64,000 nt of DNA from assembly GCA_951406725.2 (NCBI GenBank), contig OX597814.1, positions 56,792,001 through 56,856,000 of the forward strand. Direction: 5' to 3'. The stretch comes from Octopus vulgaris. Taxonomy: Eukaryota. The translations under genes and the position numbers were made by a program. The notes beneath the pieces are model-generated. The model was given only the letters and a program-made list of their open reading frames with translations. It did no database searches and was not told the origin of the DNA. Shown piece after piece: positions 12,874 to 25,960 of this stretch (position 1 is its first letter; every line of letters begins with the position of its first letter).

Positions 12874-13078
12874 TGCATATACACATATATACACACACAC
12901 ACATATTTACATATATGTATACATCACATATACACAGGTATGTTTCTATATTTAAATTGTTAATAGTCTACATTTGTATATCTATATCATGAGAAACTCG
13001 TGTATGCAAGTGCTTCAGCTGCCTGTCTGTTACTAATTGTTTGTACATCTATATGTTTTTCCTTCTTTGTCTTTGTAG

Positions 13079-13177
13079 AATTCCGGATTTGGACCCACTG
13101 AAGCACCTGATGATAAATCCCTGGTAGGATTTGCGCAATTGACGATAAACGACTTAGCGGGCAACAGCTCCCTCTAA
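13079..13177 (+). CDS. OXSR1: OSR1/SPAK kinase terminal coding exon (stop TAA 13175-13177)
   Basis: ctttgtAG acceptor; NSGFGPTEAPDDKSLVGFAQLTINDLAGNSSL* contains the conserved PDDxxLxGFAQL motif. All five exons splice in one continuous frame. Confidence 0.93.
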   Translation, partial: NSGFGPTEAPDDKSLVGFAQLTINDLAGNSSL

Positions 13178-13822
13178 CCCTGGCTTCTGATTTAGGAATT
13201 CTGTGATAATCTGTTTTAACTTAAAAATTATTCTCTAACTATATAAGGGAGAAAGAAACAAAGAGATTGGGTTTGGTGGGGTAGGGAGGTTGGTGTTATT
13301 GTATTGAATAAATTTAGATTTTTAAAGCACAACAGATACATGTGTATACACACACACCCACACACTTGAGACACGTACACAAACACTCATACACACACAC
13401 ACATTTGAGACATGCACAGACACTCGTATATATATACATACACATGACTCTATTACAGATATGAGACTGGAATAAATTTAATAATTAAAAAAATTATAAA
13501 ATTTCAAGTTTAAAGCCAATAACTATAACATCAAAAATAGCAATAATATGGAAAAATAATGATGATGATTATGAAAAAATGATGATTAATTACAATTTTG
13601 ATGATGATTATAATAAAGAAATGATAATTATAGTACAATGACTTATTATGTAAGCCATATTTAATTGGTCTGTTAATATGATGTCAATGATGATGATGAT
13701 GATAATGGCCAAAGCTGGAAGTTAAATATTGTAGCTACCTTGTTAAATAAGTTTTGCTGTTGGGATGATAAATGTGTGTTTGTGTTTGATGCCTAGAAAA
13801 CTACTACTGCTGTTGTTGCTCC

Positions 13823-13853
<31 letters not shown>

Positions 13854-14269
13854 TTAGACATATGGCCTGCAATTTTGAGAGAAGAGGTAACTTATTACTA
13901 TTGATTCCAGGCAGAAAAGAAACTGTTACATAGATTGAAATGAAGTAACGAGAAGCAAGCGCTGCATGCAAGTGAGCAAATCCATTCATAGGCATAACAT
14001 TTTCATTCACATAATGTGTGTATGTGTACGCGCATGTATGTACTGCATGAGACAAACAGATTACACAGCCCAAATCACAGCTTAATTTGGTTAATTAAAC
14101 ATCATACACGTTTGCAAGATTGAAATTAATGAAATTATATTAAACAATGTTGACTAACAATTGTTTGTTATAAATGCTGCAGGGTGAGTGCAGTGGTGGT
14201 GGTTTATTTGAAGTTCTCAAGGAAGAAGAATTTGGTTGTGTGTTCCATCTTCTCTACTCATCCATCTTC

Positions 14270-14540
14270 TGCACCAGGTATTCCTAGGAGGATTTTGAGA
14301 GTAAAGTCTTCAGGCACCTCTTCCACAGGGTCCTATCAGAAGTGACTGTCATTAGATTTTCTGGCTGGATTACCATGCATGACCAACTGAGGCCATATAT
14401 ACTATCTATTGCAGAGATGTAGTGACCTGACCTTTGAGAGACTCCCTGATTTCTTTTTTATGTTTCCTGTCAAGTAACCTTATTCCAGATATCTTTTGAA
14501 GGAGCCCCATGTGTTGTCTAGTCAAAATTAGTTGAATAAA
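14270..14540 (-). mobile_element. RTE-like LINE 3' fragment downstream of the kinase stop (possibly in the 3' UTR)
   Basis: Homologous to 4975-5450 and 25330-25860. Confidence 0.55.
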
Positions 14541-15103
14541 AACCTTAAAAAGAGAGCAAAAGAAAAAAAACTTAATTGCAAAGAGTGAAGTAAATTTAAC
14601 TTCCTGATTCATACTCAAATTCTTCCTTGAGTGTTTTAAATGTCTTCTTCCTTTTCTCTCTCTGTACATGATAGACAACGACAATCTACTGCTTAGAGTT
14701 GTTTCATTAGTTTTAAACCCCACTGATGAGTATAATCAGTTGATCAAATATATCTACAGCTAGAATCTGTTTATCTCAAATATAATTACATATACATATA
14801 CAAGACTGGACACACTCCTAATTGTATTGAATACTTTTGCCTGCTTGCACTACACTATGTGCATGTGTGGATGTATATGTGAGTGTGTCTATTACATGCA
14901 TGCATGTGTATGGCATTTACACAGTTTGTTCAAGTCCTTATTTTAAAGAAGATTTAAGAACAACGATTGAACTGATGGGGGACTCAATACTGAAAGTAGA
15001 CTCAAATTTATAAAATTCATCTTGAGTGGATCTCTTTAAATTTTCATCTGACTGGATAAGCATTCAAGTGAAATTTGATGTTCCTGGTGAAAACAAATTT
15101 ACA

Positions 15104-15163
<60 letters not shown>

Positions 15164-16404
15164 ATCACAATCTGTAGCAAGAAGAGTTAATTGTAACTTT
15201 GGCAGTTCTTATGATGATGCAAAGCCACTAAAGGTATTTGTGTGACTGGGAGTAGTATGTATAACAACAGTAATGATATCCATAGTGAATAAGTTTGATT
15301 GTGGTGGTATCCAGACTGTACAGTGGCAGTGTATGACTGTAGGAAGAGCATCCATCTGTTAGAACTAATTGCTTCAACTAATACCACTGGTTGTCATGAA
15401 AAAACTTATGTATATCACATACATACAAACATCTTGTCAAATGGTACAATGTAACATTATGTTTTGGTCTGGTTACTTGTTCCTTTTTCTCAAACAATTT
15501 AGAAGTCTGATTCTCATCTAGCATGCTTACTTTCCTACCCCTCTTTGTTTTTTTCTTTATAATCCTTAATTATATTTGACCCAAGCATTTAATTTCTATT
15601 AATTTTTATTATAATTGTTAAAATACAATCACCAGTCCCAGCATTTTAAGTTTAGGCAATAGATGTTTAGCAAGAGAATATGTGAAACTGAATTTGATGA
15701 GACGGGGGTGTTGTTAGCTAGACACTTTTCATAGTTTAGATAATATACACTTAACTTGGTATATCTAGATACATGCTCTGACTTTTTATATTTAAGTTTT
15801 AAAGCAGTAATGGTACTTATTATTCTGAGTCACCAATTTGTTTTTGTACTAAAAACTAGTTTCACTGTGTCAAGGTATTTCTGTTAAACCATTGTATCTT
15901 TTTTAAGACTGTAATAAAATCTATGATTCACTGAAAAACTACCCTCTAATAAACAAACACAGACACACTACATACAGATGATTTATGTATTATAAAGTAA
16001 TCTTTAATTTCTAAAAAGAAAAGGAAAGAAATGAAATATGGAAAAGAAAAAATGAAATATAAAATAAAAAATTTTTTAAATTACCAAAAGAAAAGAGGAA
16101 AGCTGAAATGAAATTTGCTATCTGAAGCTGTTTGTTTCTGTTATATATCTAATCAAGAAAGTCACATTGCTATATCCCTTGATAATTTTGCCATGCATCA
16201 CATTAATATCTGGTGCTAACAATGTCTCAATCTGTTATTCAATGCCAAAGTTTTGCATTGTTCTAGCTCTGGGTTTCTCATACTCTTTGAGGGAAACTCA
16301 GAGTAATGACAACATGAAGCTTTAAATTCAAATGAAGAAACAAACTTTCCACTTTATGTATTAAATACTTTTGTTTTCTTTCTCCCAGTTGTATCCTAGA
16401 ATGG

Positions 16405-16454
<50 letters not shown>

Positions 16455-17278
16455 ATGATAATGTGGAGAGTAAAACACAGTTGCTCTCTTGGAAACCTTG
16501 CCAAAAATAAAGGAAGATGTAGATGATAATTCTTATGGAAAGCAAATCTGCTTTGAACAAAATAAAACTACTGATTAAAAAAAAAGAAAGCAAAATATAC
16601 TTGAATTATATTTTTTGTTTACTTATTTTTATCAATGTCATTAACATCATAATATGTGTTACTTCCATATTGCCATGTGTTACTTGGTTCTGCTGTTTAC
16701 GACAATTCTGATTCAGTTTTGTGATTTAAATTTTTTTTCAGATTGATAAAATTTTTGCTTGTCCAAAAGCATTTTCATAAGTATATCTCAAATGTCCATG
16801 TTTTCTTTCAGACTTTATGGTTATCAGTTATTTCATATGTTTTGAGTGATATAAAGCTTTCCTTTCATTAATTCCAAGTTACTCTGGTAGTTGGAAAAAA
16901 TTGGAGTATGTGATATATAGACACCAGGGAAAGTGTCCTGTGAATCACATGAAATACACAGGACAAGCAAAGGATTAAACTGTTTTTTTTTAGAATGTAA
17001 CAAATATGTTTGTGGAAAGATCCTGAAATTAAAATTTTAATGTGAACCGTCATTCAGGAACATGGAAACACTCAGCTCCTTCCTTCACCCATTTTTCTCT
17101 TTCCAATTTCACTTCTAACTTGAACTTAAATAAGTCTAGCAACTCTGGCATAAGTAGTTCAGAGCATTGAATGATTTGTAAAATATGATGGTGAGAAAAT
17201 ATCCAGATAGGAAAATGGGGTCAGAAAATACGAAAGATATTATTAATAGCCCAACTCTAATTACCTCAACATTTTAAA

Positions 17279-17470
17279 ATTGTAAGATACAAATAAGATG
17301 ATAATTTATTTTCGAATATAGATTAAATTATTGGGTCAATTACAACGAAAAATCTGTCTAGAAACAGCCATGAGGCACTCAAACTGACATCCTTTGAAGA
17401 CACAATATTTCTGCTGTTCTAACGATGTCTCTGCATTTGAAAATAAATTATTTTATTTGTATCTTACAAT
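17279..17470. mobile_element. MITE-like element with ~40-bp TIRs
   Basis: ATTGTAAGATACAAATAAGATGATAATTTATTTTCGAATATAG vs the reverse complement of 17431-17470. Confidence 0.55.
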
Positions 17471-17629
17471 ATATATATATCAGCACTTATAAAAGAAACA
17501 AATATTTGTTTATATTTTTATATTACTTTTTAGAGAGGTTACACAACCAAGTCAATGTGATGCCAGACAATACAGTCTAGCTAGTTGTAAGAATAGCAAT
17601 TGTTATACTGAGTGCATCTAAATATGCCA

Positions 17630-17716
17630 TGGGCATATGGTGTAGTGGTTAAAAGCGTGGGCTGCTAACCCCAAGATTCCGAGTTCGATTCCAGGCAGTG
17701 ACCTGAATAATAATAA
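17630..17716 (+). mobile_element. short tRNA-derived SINE head / tRNA pseudogene
   Basis: A-box TGGTGTAGTGG and B-box AGTTCGATTCC; acceptor and anticodon stems do not pair; followed by (AAT)n. Confidence 0.55.
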
Positions 17717-17957
17717 ATGTTACTGTTCTATAAATTTAAAATATTGTATGTTACAGGAACTTCCTGTTATTACAGAAATAATGCATTTCAGAAAAACCTG
17801 CCATAAGGTAAAATTAATTTTTTCACCGGTTTTTGTGTGGTTACATGGTAATGCATGGCTACTGATATTTTTAACAACTACAAAAGCAAGCAGCTCGAAA
17901 ATAACAGTTTCTAAACATACTCAGTACTATATATATATATATATATATCTCAATAGC

Positions 17958-19742
17958 ATCATCGTTAACGTCCGCTTTCCATGCTGACATGGGTTGGACG
18001 GTTTGACTGAGGACTGGTAGGCCGGAAGGCTGCATCAGGGCCCAGTCTGATTTGGCAAAGTTTATACAACTGGATGCCCTTCCTAATGCCAATCACTCTG
18101 AGAGTGTAGTGGGTGCTTTTTGCGTGCCACCGGCACGAGAGCTAGTCCGGCAGCACTGGCATCAACTACGCTTGAATGGTGCTTTTTACGTACCACCGGT
18201 ATGGGTGCCAATCTGACGGTACTGGCATCGGTCACGCTCGAATGGCGCTTTTTACATGCCACTGACATCGGCCACGACTACGATTTCACTTGGTTCAACA
18301 GGTCTTCACAAGCACGGCACATTGCCCACCGATTGGGCCAGTTATGCGACACTGGCATCGGCCACAGCTACGATCTCACTTGGCTTGTCGGGTCTTCTCA
18401 AGCACGGCAAATCTCCAAAGGTCCCAATCGCTTGTCATTGCCTCTGTGAAGCCCAACGTTCGGAAGTCGTGCTTCACCACCTCATCCCATGTCTTCCTCT
18501 TCCACAGATTCCTTCATTGTTAGGGTGTAACACTTCTTCACGCAGCTGTCCTCATCTATACGCAACACATGGCCATACAAACGCAGTCGTCTCTCTTGCA
18601 CACCACATTTGATGCTTCTTATGTCCAACTTTTCTGTCAGGATGCGTACACTCTGTTGTACATGCACACTGACATTACACATCCAGTAGAGCATACTAGC
18701 TTCATTTTTTTCAAGCCTACGCATTTTCTCAGCAGTTACAGCCCATGATTCACTGCCGTGTAGCATGGCTGTTTGCACACATGCATCATACAGTCTGTTT
18801 CACTCTGAGCGAGAGACCCTTTGTTACTAGCAGAGGTAAGAGCTCTCCGAACTTTGTCCAGGCTATTCTTATTCTAGCATCCACCCCCTCTACTGACTTG
18901 GTCACCTAGGTAACGGAAGCTATCAACTACTCCTAGGTTCTTCCCCTGACGTGATGGAATCTGTTTTCTGTATATCTTCGGTGTTTATTGGACCTGTGCA
19001 TCTGCCACTCACAAAAATTATCTTCCCAGTTAACTTTACGTTGATATTGCTGCACCTCCTATGTGTTCATAGCTTACATAGGGTAATCTTATGGAGTTTC
19101 TACCTGCGCCTTTTCTTCAGATCGAGCATGTACCTGAAGGGATTTGTGATTTTTCTACCTTCCTACTTACTAAGAGTTTGGTTTTTGCTAGGTTGACTCT
19201 AAGGTCTTTCGATTCTAGACTTTGCTTCCACATCTGAAACTTAATAGTTCTGGTAGTGACTCAGCTATTAGAGCAAGGTCATCAGCATAGAGGAGCTCCC
19301 AGAGCAGCCTGTCTTGAATTCACTTGCTATTTCCTGAAGGACTATTATGAATAAGAGGAGACTGAGGACTGATCCTTGGTGAACCCTTCTACCTGGAATT
19401 CTTCACTATACTTATTGCTAGCCATTACCTTACTGACAGCATCCCTGTATATGGCTTGTACAGCTCTCACCAACCACTCATCTATCCCTAGTTTCCGCAT
19501 TGACCACCAGATAAGGGATCGGGGCACCCTGTCGAATGCTTTCACCATGTCAACAAAAGCCAAGTACGCAGGTTTATCTTTGACTAGGAATTTCTTCTGC
19601 AGCTGTCTTACCAGAAATATAGCATCAGCGGTGCTTCTTGGCACAAACCAAAACTGCATCTCATCTAAACTAACTCTCTCTCTCCCTAATTAGTTGGGTT
19701 ATGACCCTCTTCGTGACTTTCATTACCTGATCCAACAATTTG
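17958..19742 (-). mobile_element. RTE-clade LINE, 5'-truncated and decayed (RT domain through 3' UTR with tandem repeats)
   Basis: QFWFVPRSTADAIF..LAFVDMVKAFDRVPRSLIWWSMRKLG (19345-19659), LLYADDL at ~19275-19295, MLHGSESWAV..MLYWMCNVS..RLRLYGHVLR (18482-18778), (GAT)n tail. Confidence 0.9.
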
Positions 19743-19744
19743 AG

Positions 19745-20500
19745 ATATATATGTAAAACATTTGAAGTGAAAAATACTAGGGAATGAAGAAAAATAGTAA
19801 TATAATACATTCTTACCACAAAATATGTTGATTACTGTGTCATTGTCGATATCTATGCCAATGGCATGCGTATCATCTCTGTATAGCTCAGCGTAGGAAC
19901 TGGACTCCTTGTAAACCCCTCTTGTAAATTTTCTCATCTTGATTAGGGTTGTTAGTAAAAACTTGCAGATATATGTGACACAACTCTTTAACGATTTTCT
20001 TTGAAGTAAATTTAAATGGAGTTAGTGCAATTTATGTATTCTTAGCTTATTCTAACTCCTCACTGGATTAACTTTATCGAACACAAACTGAACCACATTA
20101 TTTTCTGATGTCCTCAATCCATTCATCATTACAATATATTTCCGAATTTGATGTAGACTTTCCGCTTGAGGAGGGCACCACTTCATCCTATGACTCCGTT
20201 ATCGGCAGCATCTATTATCTTGAAGTTAATCCAGAAGTTGCTAATCTGGTTTAACCTCCTTGTCAATAACGTTCATTAGTTGTTGAAAGTTCTCGATATG
20301 CCTTGAAGTTAGCTATCACACATCAATTCACTGGCTGGAGCAAAAGAAATATTGGATACATTCCACTCTCAGGTTATAAGAAAACTCATTTAACTTCACT
20401 AGGTAGCTTGATGCATTGTCTAAAAGGAGTTGTTTTATTGTAATTATATTTGGAGAAATAGACATGTAAATCCTTCTTTGAAAATGTTTTATTCATCCAT
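19745..20500 (-). mobile_element. highly decayed Penelope-like RT fragment
   Basis: ELYRDDT resembles the PLE GLYRDD catalytic motif; AT-rich coding-like relic of the same type as 41450-43950. Confidence 0.5.
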
Positions 20501-20534
20501 GCCCTATCTGTATAGGCAAATTAAACTTTGCCGA

Positions 20535-20708
20535 AAGGCAGTATATGGACCAACCTTCCGAGTTCTTTTATAGAGCTTAGAAAAACTGAACGACCGCTGC
20601 AATAAGTGTGTGAACCTGTGAGGGGAATATGTTGAATAAAAATTATAATTATTTGATCCTCCCGTAATTTCTTTTACCTAAAACCAAGAACTTTTCAGCA
20701 CCCCCTCG
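20535..20708 (+). mobile_element. mariner 3' end fragment
   Basis: Transposase C-terminal relic (..KCVNL*GEYVE*) and a TIR ending CCCCCTCG|TA, like the 55077-56366 element. Confidence 0.7.
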
Positions 20709-20909
20709 TACTGGCCTGAAAGGTGTTTTAAAGTTTTCACCATCATTTTCCTGCAAATCGTCTTGAAAACTTTTGGCAATTACTATCATGCTTTATCGGT
20801 ACAATGCATCACATTAAATCTATGAAAAATAGGGTTCGAGCAGGTAACTGAGTTACTTCTTGACTTAATTTTCTCTTTATTTTTTTTTGTATTATTCACT
20901 CTGTGCGAA

Positions 20910-21245
20910 GGCGCATGGCTCAGTGGTTAGAGTGTCGAGTTTACGATCTTTAGGTTGAGTTCGATTCCCGGACTGGGCTGTGTGTTGTATTCTTGAACAA
21001 GACACTTTTTTTTTCACGTTGCTCCGGTTCACTCATTTGTAGAAATGAGTTGCGATGTCACTGGTCCTAAGCTTTGTTGGCCTTTCCCTTGGATAACACC
21101 GCTGGTGTGGAGAGGAAAGACTAGTATGCATAGGCGACTGCGACTGCTGGTCTTCCATAAAACAACCTTCCCCGGATATGTGCCTAGAAGGGTAACTTTC
21201 TAGGTGCAATCCCATGGTCATTCGTGATCGAAGGGGGTCTTTACT
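20910..21245 (+). mobile_element. tRNA-derived SINE (second family)
   Basis: GGCGCATGGCTCAGTGGTTAGAG..GAGTTCGATTCCCGG head followed by a TTCTTGAACAAGACACTTT core-like segment. Confidence 0.7.
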
Positions 21246-21769
21246 TTTGCACTGTAGATGTTGCAGGGATTAATGTTTTGGTAATGTAACTGGTTTTGTC
21301 TTTCGCATCAAGTCTTTTGGGGTTCCTTTTTTGCACTAGTGCCTTCAGTTTCATTTGAAGGCTTCTAGGAATCTTGAATTACAGGCAAATCTAACAGCGG
21401 TGGTGATCGACAGTTACCCAAGACAAATATGTAACAAAAAGAATAGCGTGCTTACGTAAAATATGTATGCATGTCTTTATCTGTGTTTGTTCTTTACTAC
21501 CGTTTGATAACAAGTGTTGGTTTGTCCTTGTAACTTAACCTGTTCGGCAAAATAGACCGGTAGAGTAGGTAGCAGGCTAAAGAATTACTATTGAGGTCGT
21601 TTGCCTAAAACGCTTCAAGGTGCAGGTGTTCCTCAATATACTCGTTATGATCCACATCAAATAAAGAGAAACATTCAGTGAAAAATTTCCATATCAAACC
21701 CGAATACACAAATTTTTGCACACACGTGCCTCTCTCCCCCCTCTCTTAATATATGTATATGTAAAATCT

Positions 21770-22275
21770 TTTACTTGTTTTAGTCATTTGACTGCAGCCT
21801 TGAAGGGTTTTTGTCGGAACAAATAGGCCCCAGGACTTTTTTCTCAAGCTTAGTACTTATTCTATCTGTCTTTTTGCCGAACTGTTAAGTTACGGGGCTG
21901 TAAACACACCAAATTGTGTTGTCAAGCGATGGTAGTAGAGGATGCTCACATATTTACATCATGCCTCGACTATCGCGGGTGTTACGTTCCGAAACCTTCC
22001 AGAGAAATACTTAGATAAAAAAATATATATAAATACCTATCGGCCGCAGAAACCCGCTATATAAATTTACATATATTAGCCAGAAAAATCTGCGATGAAC
22101 TGTATGTGTGTGTATGTGTATATATAATTTATATGGTGGGCTTCTTTCAGTTTCTGTCTACCAAATCCAATCACAAGACATTGGTCGGCTTGAATCTTAT
22201 AGTAGATGACATTTGCCCAAGGTGCCACTCAATAGGCCCGAACCCGGAGGAAGAAAGCTTCTTACCACACAGCCA
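21770..22275 (-). mobile_element. tRNA-head SINE with a Tigger-like MITE fragment (~21955-22105) in its internal microsatellite
   Basis: Reverse-complement match to 35818-36208; the insert begins TACATCATGCCTCGACTATCGCGGG, like the 36812 MITE end. Confidence 0.7.
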
Positions 22276-22527
22276 CGTGTGTGTGTATTGTGATTATTTT
22301 TCAAATTAACCATACTTGGATTTTAGGTAAAAGAAACGGCTTTTTGCTAGGAAGAAAGGGAAGAATTTGAATTGAAATTACCGTAAACATAACGCTGAAC
22401 ACGTTTGTTATTAATACATACAATGCTTATGATTAAATGTTATCGATATATTAAGTATTGCTGTTAAGACCATATAACGATGTATTAATACTGTAGACTG
22501 TGTAACAATTTTTTTTCTATTGTCTTT

Positions 22528-22950
22528 GGCCAGTAAGTGTTATTTCCTATTTGCTTCTAGCTGGAAGTCAAAGGAAATGACTACTATTCCCTTCAAACTT
22601 TGCTTCAGTGACCTGGACATCAATGTTTTGAAACCGATCTATTTTCCATTACATTTCAAACAGATTCAGTGCTGAGTTGCTGGAGCAGAAATATCGTTAA
22701 AGCAAATATTCTGCTCAATGCCACAAATTTGTCAGTTGCTTGATCTTAACCACTTGAGCATGTCCCTCAGTGGCTGACAATAGTGCATCTCTGCTCATGA
22801 GCAGGATTATTTGGGATAGTGTCATAACTATGTGTTGAGAGAGATTCTTTGGAGTTCGAATACATATAACAAAAGCAAAATTTGAAGGAAATATTATCTA
22901 CTTTTCATACTTTCTAGAGGTAAGCAAATACGAAGTAACAATTGCTACCC
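22528..22950. mobile_element. old inverted-repeat element (~80-bp diverged TIRs) enclosing a fragment of the 27990-28870 repeat
   Basis: 22528-22612 is roughly the reverse complement of 22866-22950; 22690-22860 matches 28030-28200. Confidence 0.5.
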
Positions 22951-23964
22951 AAGGATAAAAATCGTGTTTGAATGAAAAGTACCAATAAATCCAACTACAT
23001 CATAATGTGTTGTCATTTTCGTTTTTTTGGACTCAATGGTATAACTTAAGAATGATTTGGCTGCCGTTTCTAGCAGGTCGGAAGACCATGTAAAGGTTTT
23101 GTCTTCGTTGTCTTTGGTTATTTCTATGACAGATGATAGTTCTGATCTACAATAGGTTGCAGTGGACCCCTTCGATTGATTAAAATTACAATTTTAAATG
23201 CTTCTAACTTTTTGTTTTCAATTTTCAAGGGGGAAATTTCACCGTTCCGTACGGTATGCCTTTCAACTGGGATGCCCCATACTGTGACACCTCCAGTTGC
23301 AACTTGGCGTGGTCAGCTCCCAGCCCAGGCGCCGCTGCTCGCTAGGCTGAGAAAAGCAAACGTTCAAGATATCGGTCGCTGTCCTATGACAGTGGAGACC
23401 ACCGGTGCTCTTGGCCTCCCGGATGATTTTCCTGCTCACCGTTATCGGGGCGGAGATGGCTGTCAACAAGTCTGAACTCCTTGAGTTAGAGCGGCTGTTC
23501 CAGCGTATCTCCCTCACTATCCTCCTGAGCAACATCTTTTCTATTTTGTTAACTGGGACCATGAGAAACGTTTCTACATTATGAATGGATTTGGTAGGCG
23601 GAAGCTGAAAGAAGTCCATCAGAGAGTGAGATATAGTAAAGAGAGTACGACAAATCTAGAAAATCTTATTCGTATATGTTTTAGCATAAATTTGAAAAAC
23701 CTCAACTGGTTGGAAGAAATTTAACAAGATCCGTAGTTTTTGTCCTGTGTTGTTATAGTGAATATAAAAGTGAAGCTGATCATACAAGGATATAGACATT
23801 TTTTTCTTTTTTGTTTTAGATTTAAGCCTGTTAAATGTCTTTAGTTGTAACGAAGTAATTTCTATACAATTAATGATTTAAACATTGGGTGTGCTATGCC
23901 TGAAACGGTATGTTGTAGAGAGTTAATGCATTTTTAGCTAGGCTGAATTGGGGCGATTGTAAGT

Positions 23965-24800
23965 AGTAGGCATCCGTCACCATGGATCTGCACCCAAAGA
24001 AATCGTGTCAGCTGTTGTGGCTGTACAAGCCCACACGGGAGTGGAAGTCAAGCATACAGCGATTGCATTTGAAGGAACTCTCTGCCAGTGCTACTGATTT
24101 TTCCCTCCGTCGAGTGCGCTTTTCTCTGATGGCGAGTTCCTGTTTTTCTCCCGCTCTCTTCATTCCCTTTCGCAGTATTTGCCTCCAGTGTGGGCGATCA
24201 TTTGCAACTGCCTCCCATCTCAGGTCGTCCAGATCAAGCAACTTCATATCTCTCTTACAGACATCTTTGAAACGAAGAGGAGCACTGAAAAGGTTGATAA
24301 GCCCATCAGAAGTGTTCGCTCTGAACCGTTACTGTTGAGTTCTACCAACTTTAGTAGAAAGTTCTTCACAGCAAAGCCGACACCATGCTCTCTGACTTCA
24401 TCTGTGCCTTTCCCTTACCAGAAAAAGATATCTCTTTCACGAAGGATCCTCGAGTCTGGAAGTCTCGTTCCTGGAGTGCTGCAATGCCCACTCGTAGTCG
24501 TAGCAGTTCGTTGTTGATCACTGCTGTCGTGCGTGTGTTGCTGATTTTTCGAAGGTCCTCTAACAGACCAGTTGTCATGGTCCCTATGTTCCAAATCCGA
24601 GTCTGATTGCTGTTTTTTTGCGTTGCGTTGCATGTTTACTTGTTCATTTTTCATGGTGCAATGTTTACAGCTCACGGTTCAAGATGTTGGTTCCCCTAAG
24701 CTCCACACACCCAGTGGAACAAGTGGGTTGTGACAGAACAGCGCCTAACTGGCTGAGGGGCTGCCCAGCTTGAGGCAGGCGGTATCTGTCCAACTAACAG
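23965..24800 (-). mobile_element. internally deleted RTE LINE (5' UTR and endonuclease N-terminus fused to the C-terminus and 3' end)
   Basis: TWNIGTMTTG..TAVINNELLRLRVGIAALQE..FFW*GKG..REHGVGFAV (APE N-terminus) and WEAVANDRPHWRQ..FKCNRCMLDFHSRVGLYSH (RTE C-terminus). Confidence 0.85.
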
Positions 24801-24865
24801 AGAACGTCGATTCGAATCCATTCTGTTTCATGAATTTTCAAATGAATGGTTGCAGTAGGATTCGA

Positions 24866-24898
<33 letters not shown>

Positions 24899-24900
<2 letters not shown>

Positions 24901-25960
24901 CTATAATCCGAAAGCTAACAGCATTGTTGAAGGTTTCCAACACCGATTCAAGGCGGCTCTCAATGTTTAACCGAATCCTTCTAAATGGTACGTGTTCTTA
25001 CCATTTGTGCTTCTTGGAATTCGTTTCACAATTAAAGATATTAACTGGATACCGGCAAAATAAGCTAAGGATTTTCTCTAAAATTACTTTGACAGATAAT
25101 TGTTCTACTGAACACAATATCAGTTGGAGACCCAGCACAGTTCGTGCATCTTTTATGAAGCTACAAGACAGGAGTTCCACCAGTAATCTCTCTATTCCGT
25201 AACTTTAAAGTTCACGTCCCTGCAGAAACGGTACTTTTTCGCAAAGATGCTGTCCCCAAACCTCTGCAAGTGACTTATCTAGTTTCTTTTGAAGTCATCC
25301 AACCATCAATCCATCCACCTTCACCACCTACTATTCCTGGGAGGGCCGTGAGAGTAGAGTTCTCGAGCACCTCCTCCACAGGGTCCTATCAAAAGCAACC
25401 ATCATTAGATTTTCCTGCTGGACTCCTAAATGCAGCCAACTAAGTCCATGGATATTATCCAACCATATCGTTCTAGGTCTCCTGCCGGTGGGCTCGGCTT
25501 GAAGAATCCATATTGCGATTTTTCCTGAAACATTAATTACATGCTCGTAGTACAGGAGATCGCTTAGTGAGGAGAAGTAGCGGCTCGATCAGGAGAGAGC
25601 CCTGATTTCAGAGTGACGAACTCTGTCGAGTAACATTACTCCAGAGACCCTCTGGAGGAACCTCATTTCTGTTGCTTGTCTTCGCGATTGTACTCTTTTG
25701 GTCATTGCCCAACACTTTTGACTATAGTTGAGGATAGGCACGAAAACCGAACTGAAGAAAGCGAGTTAGGCTTTTGTTTTTACCATCCTCTCCTCTTCTA
25801 AGGATCGACTGCTGGAGCTTGTACATCACTGTCCAAGCACTTGCAATTCTATCATCTCATGAAGTTAAATGGAAGGAAACCAAAATATTTTGTTATAGAA
25901 GTAATTGGAGAAAATTACTATTGACTTAAATCGTTTGGAACCATCTTTCCTAGAAAAGGC
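24899..25960 (+). mobile_element. Gypsy LTR-retrotransposon integrase relic, split by an RTE 3' fragment (25330-25860, -)
   Basis: YNPKANSIVEGFQHRFKAAL (YHPQxNGxVERFHRxLK motif), W..FLPFVLLGIRFTIK, RKDAVPKPLQ (GPY/F region) and a LNRLEP relic at ~25925. Confidence 0.7.

Noticed and set aside
17630-17703. Possible tRNA-Ser(GCT) gene
   Set aside because: Acceptor and anticodon stems do not pair, there is no long variable arm, and it is followed by (AAT)n; treated as a SINE head.
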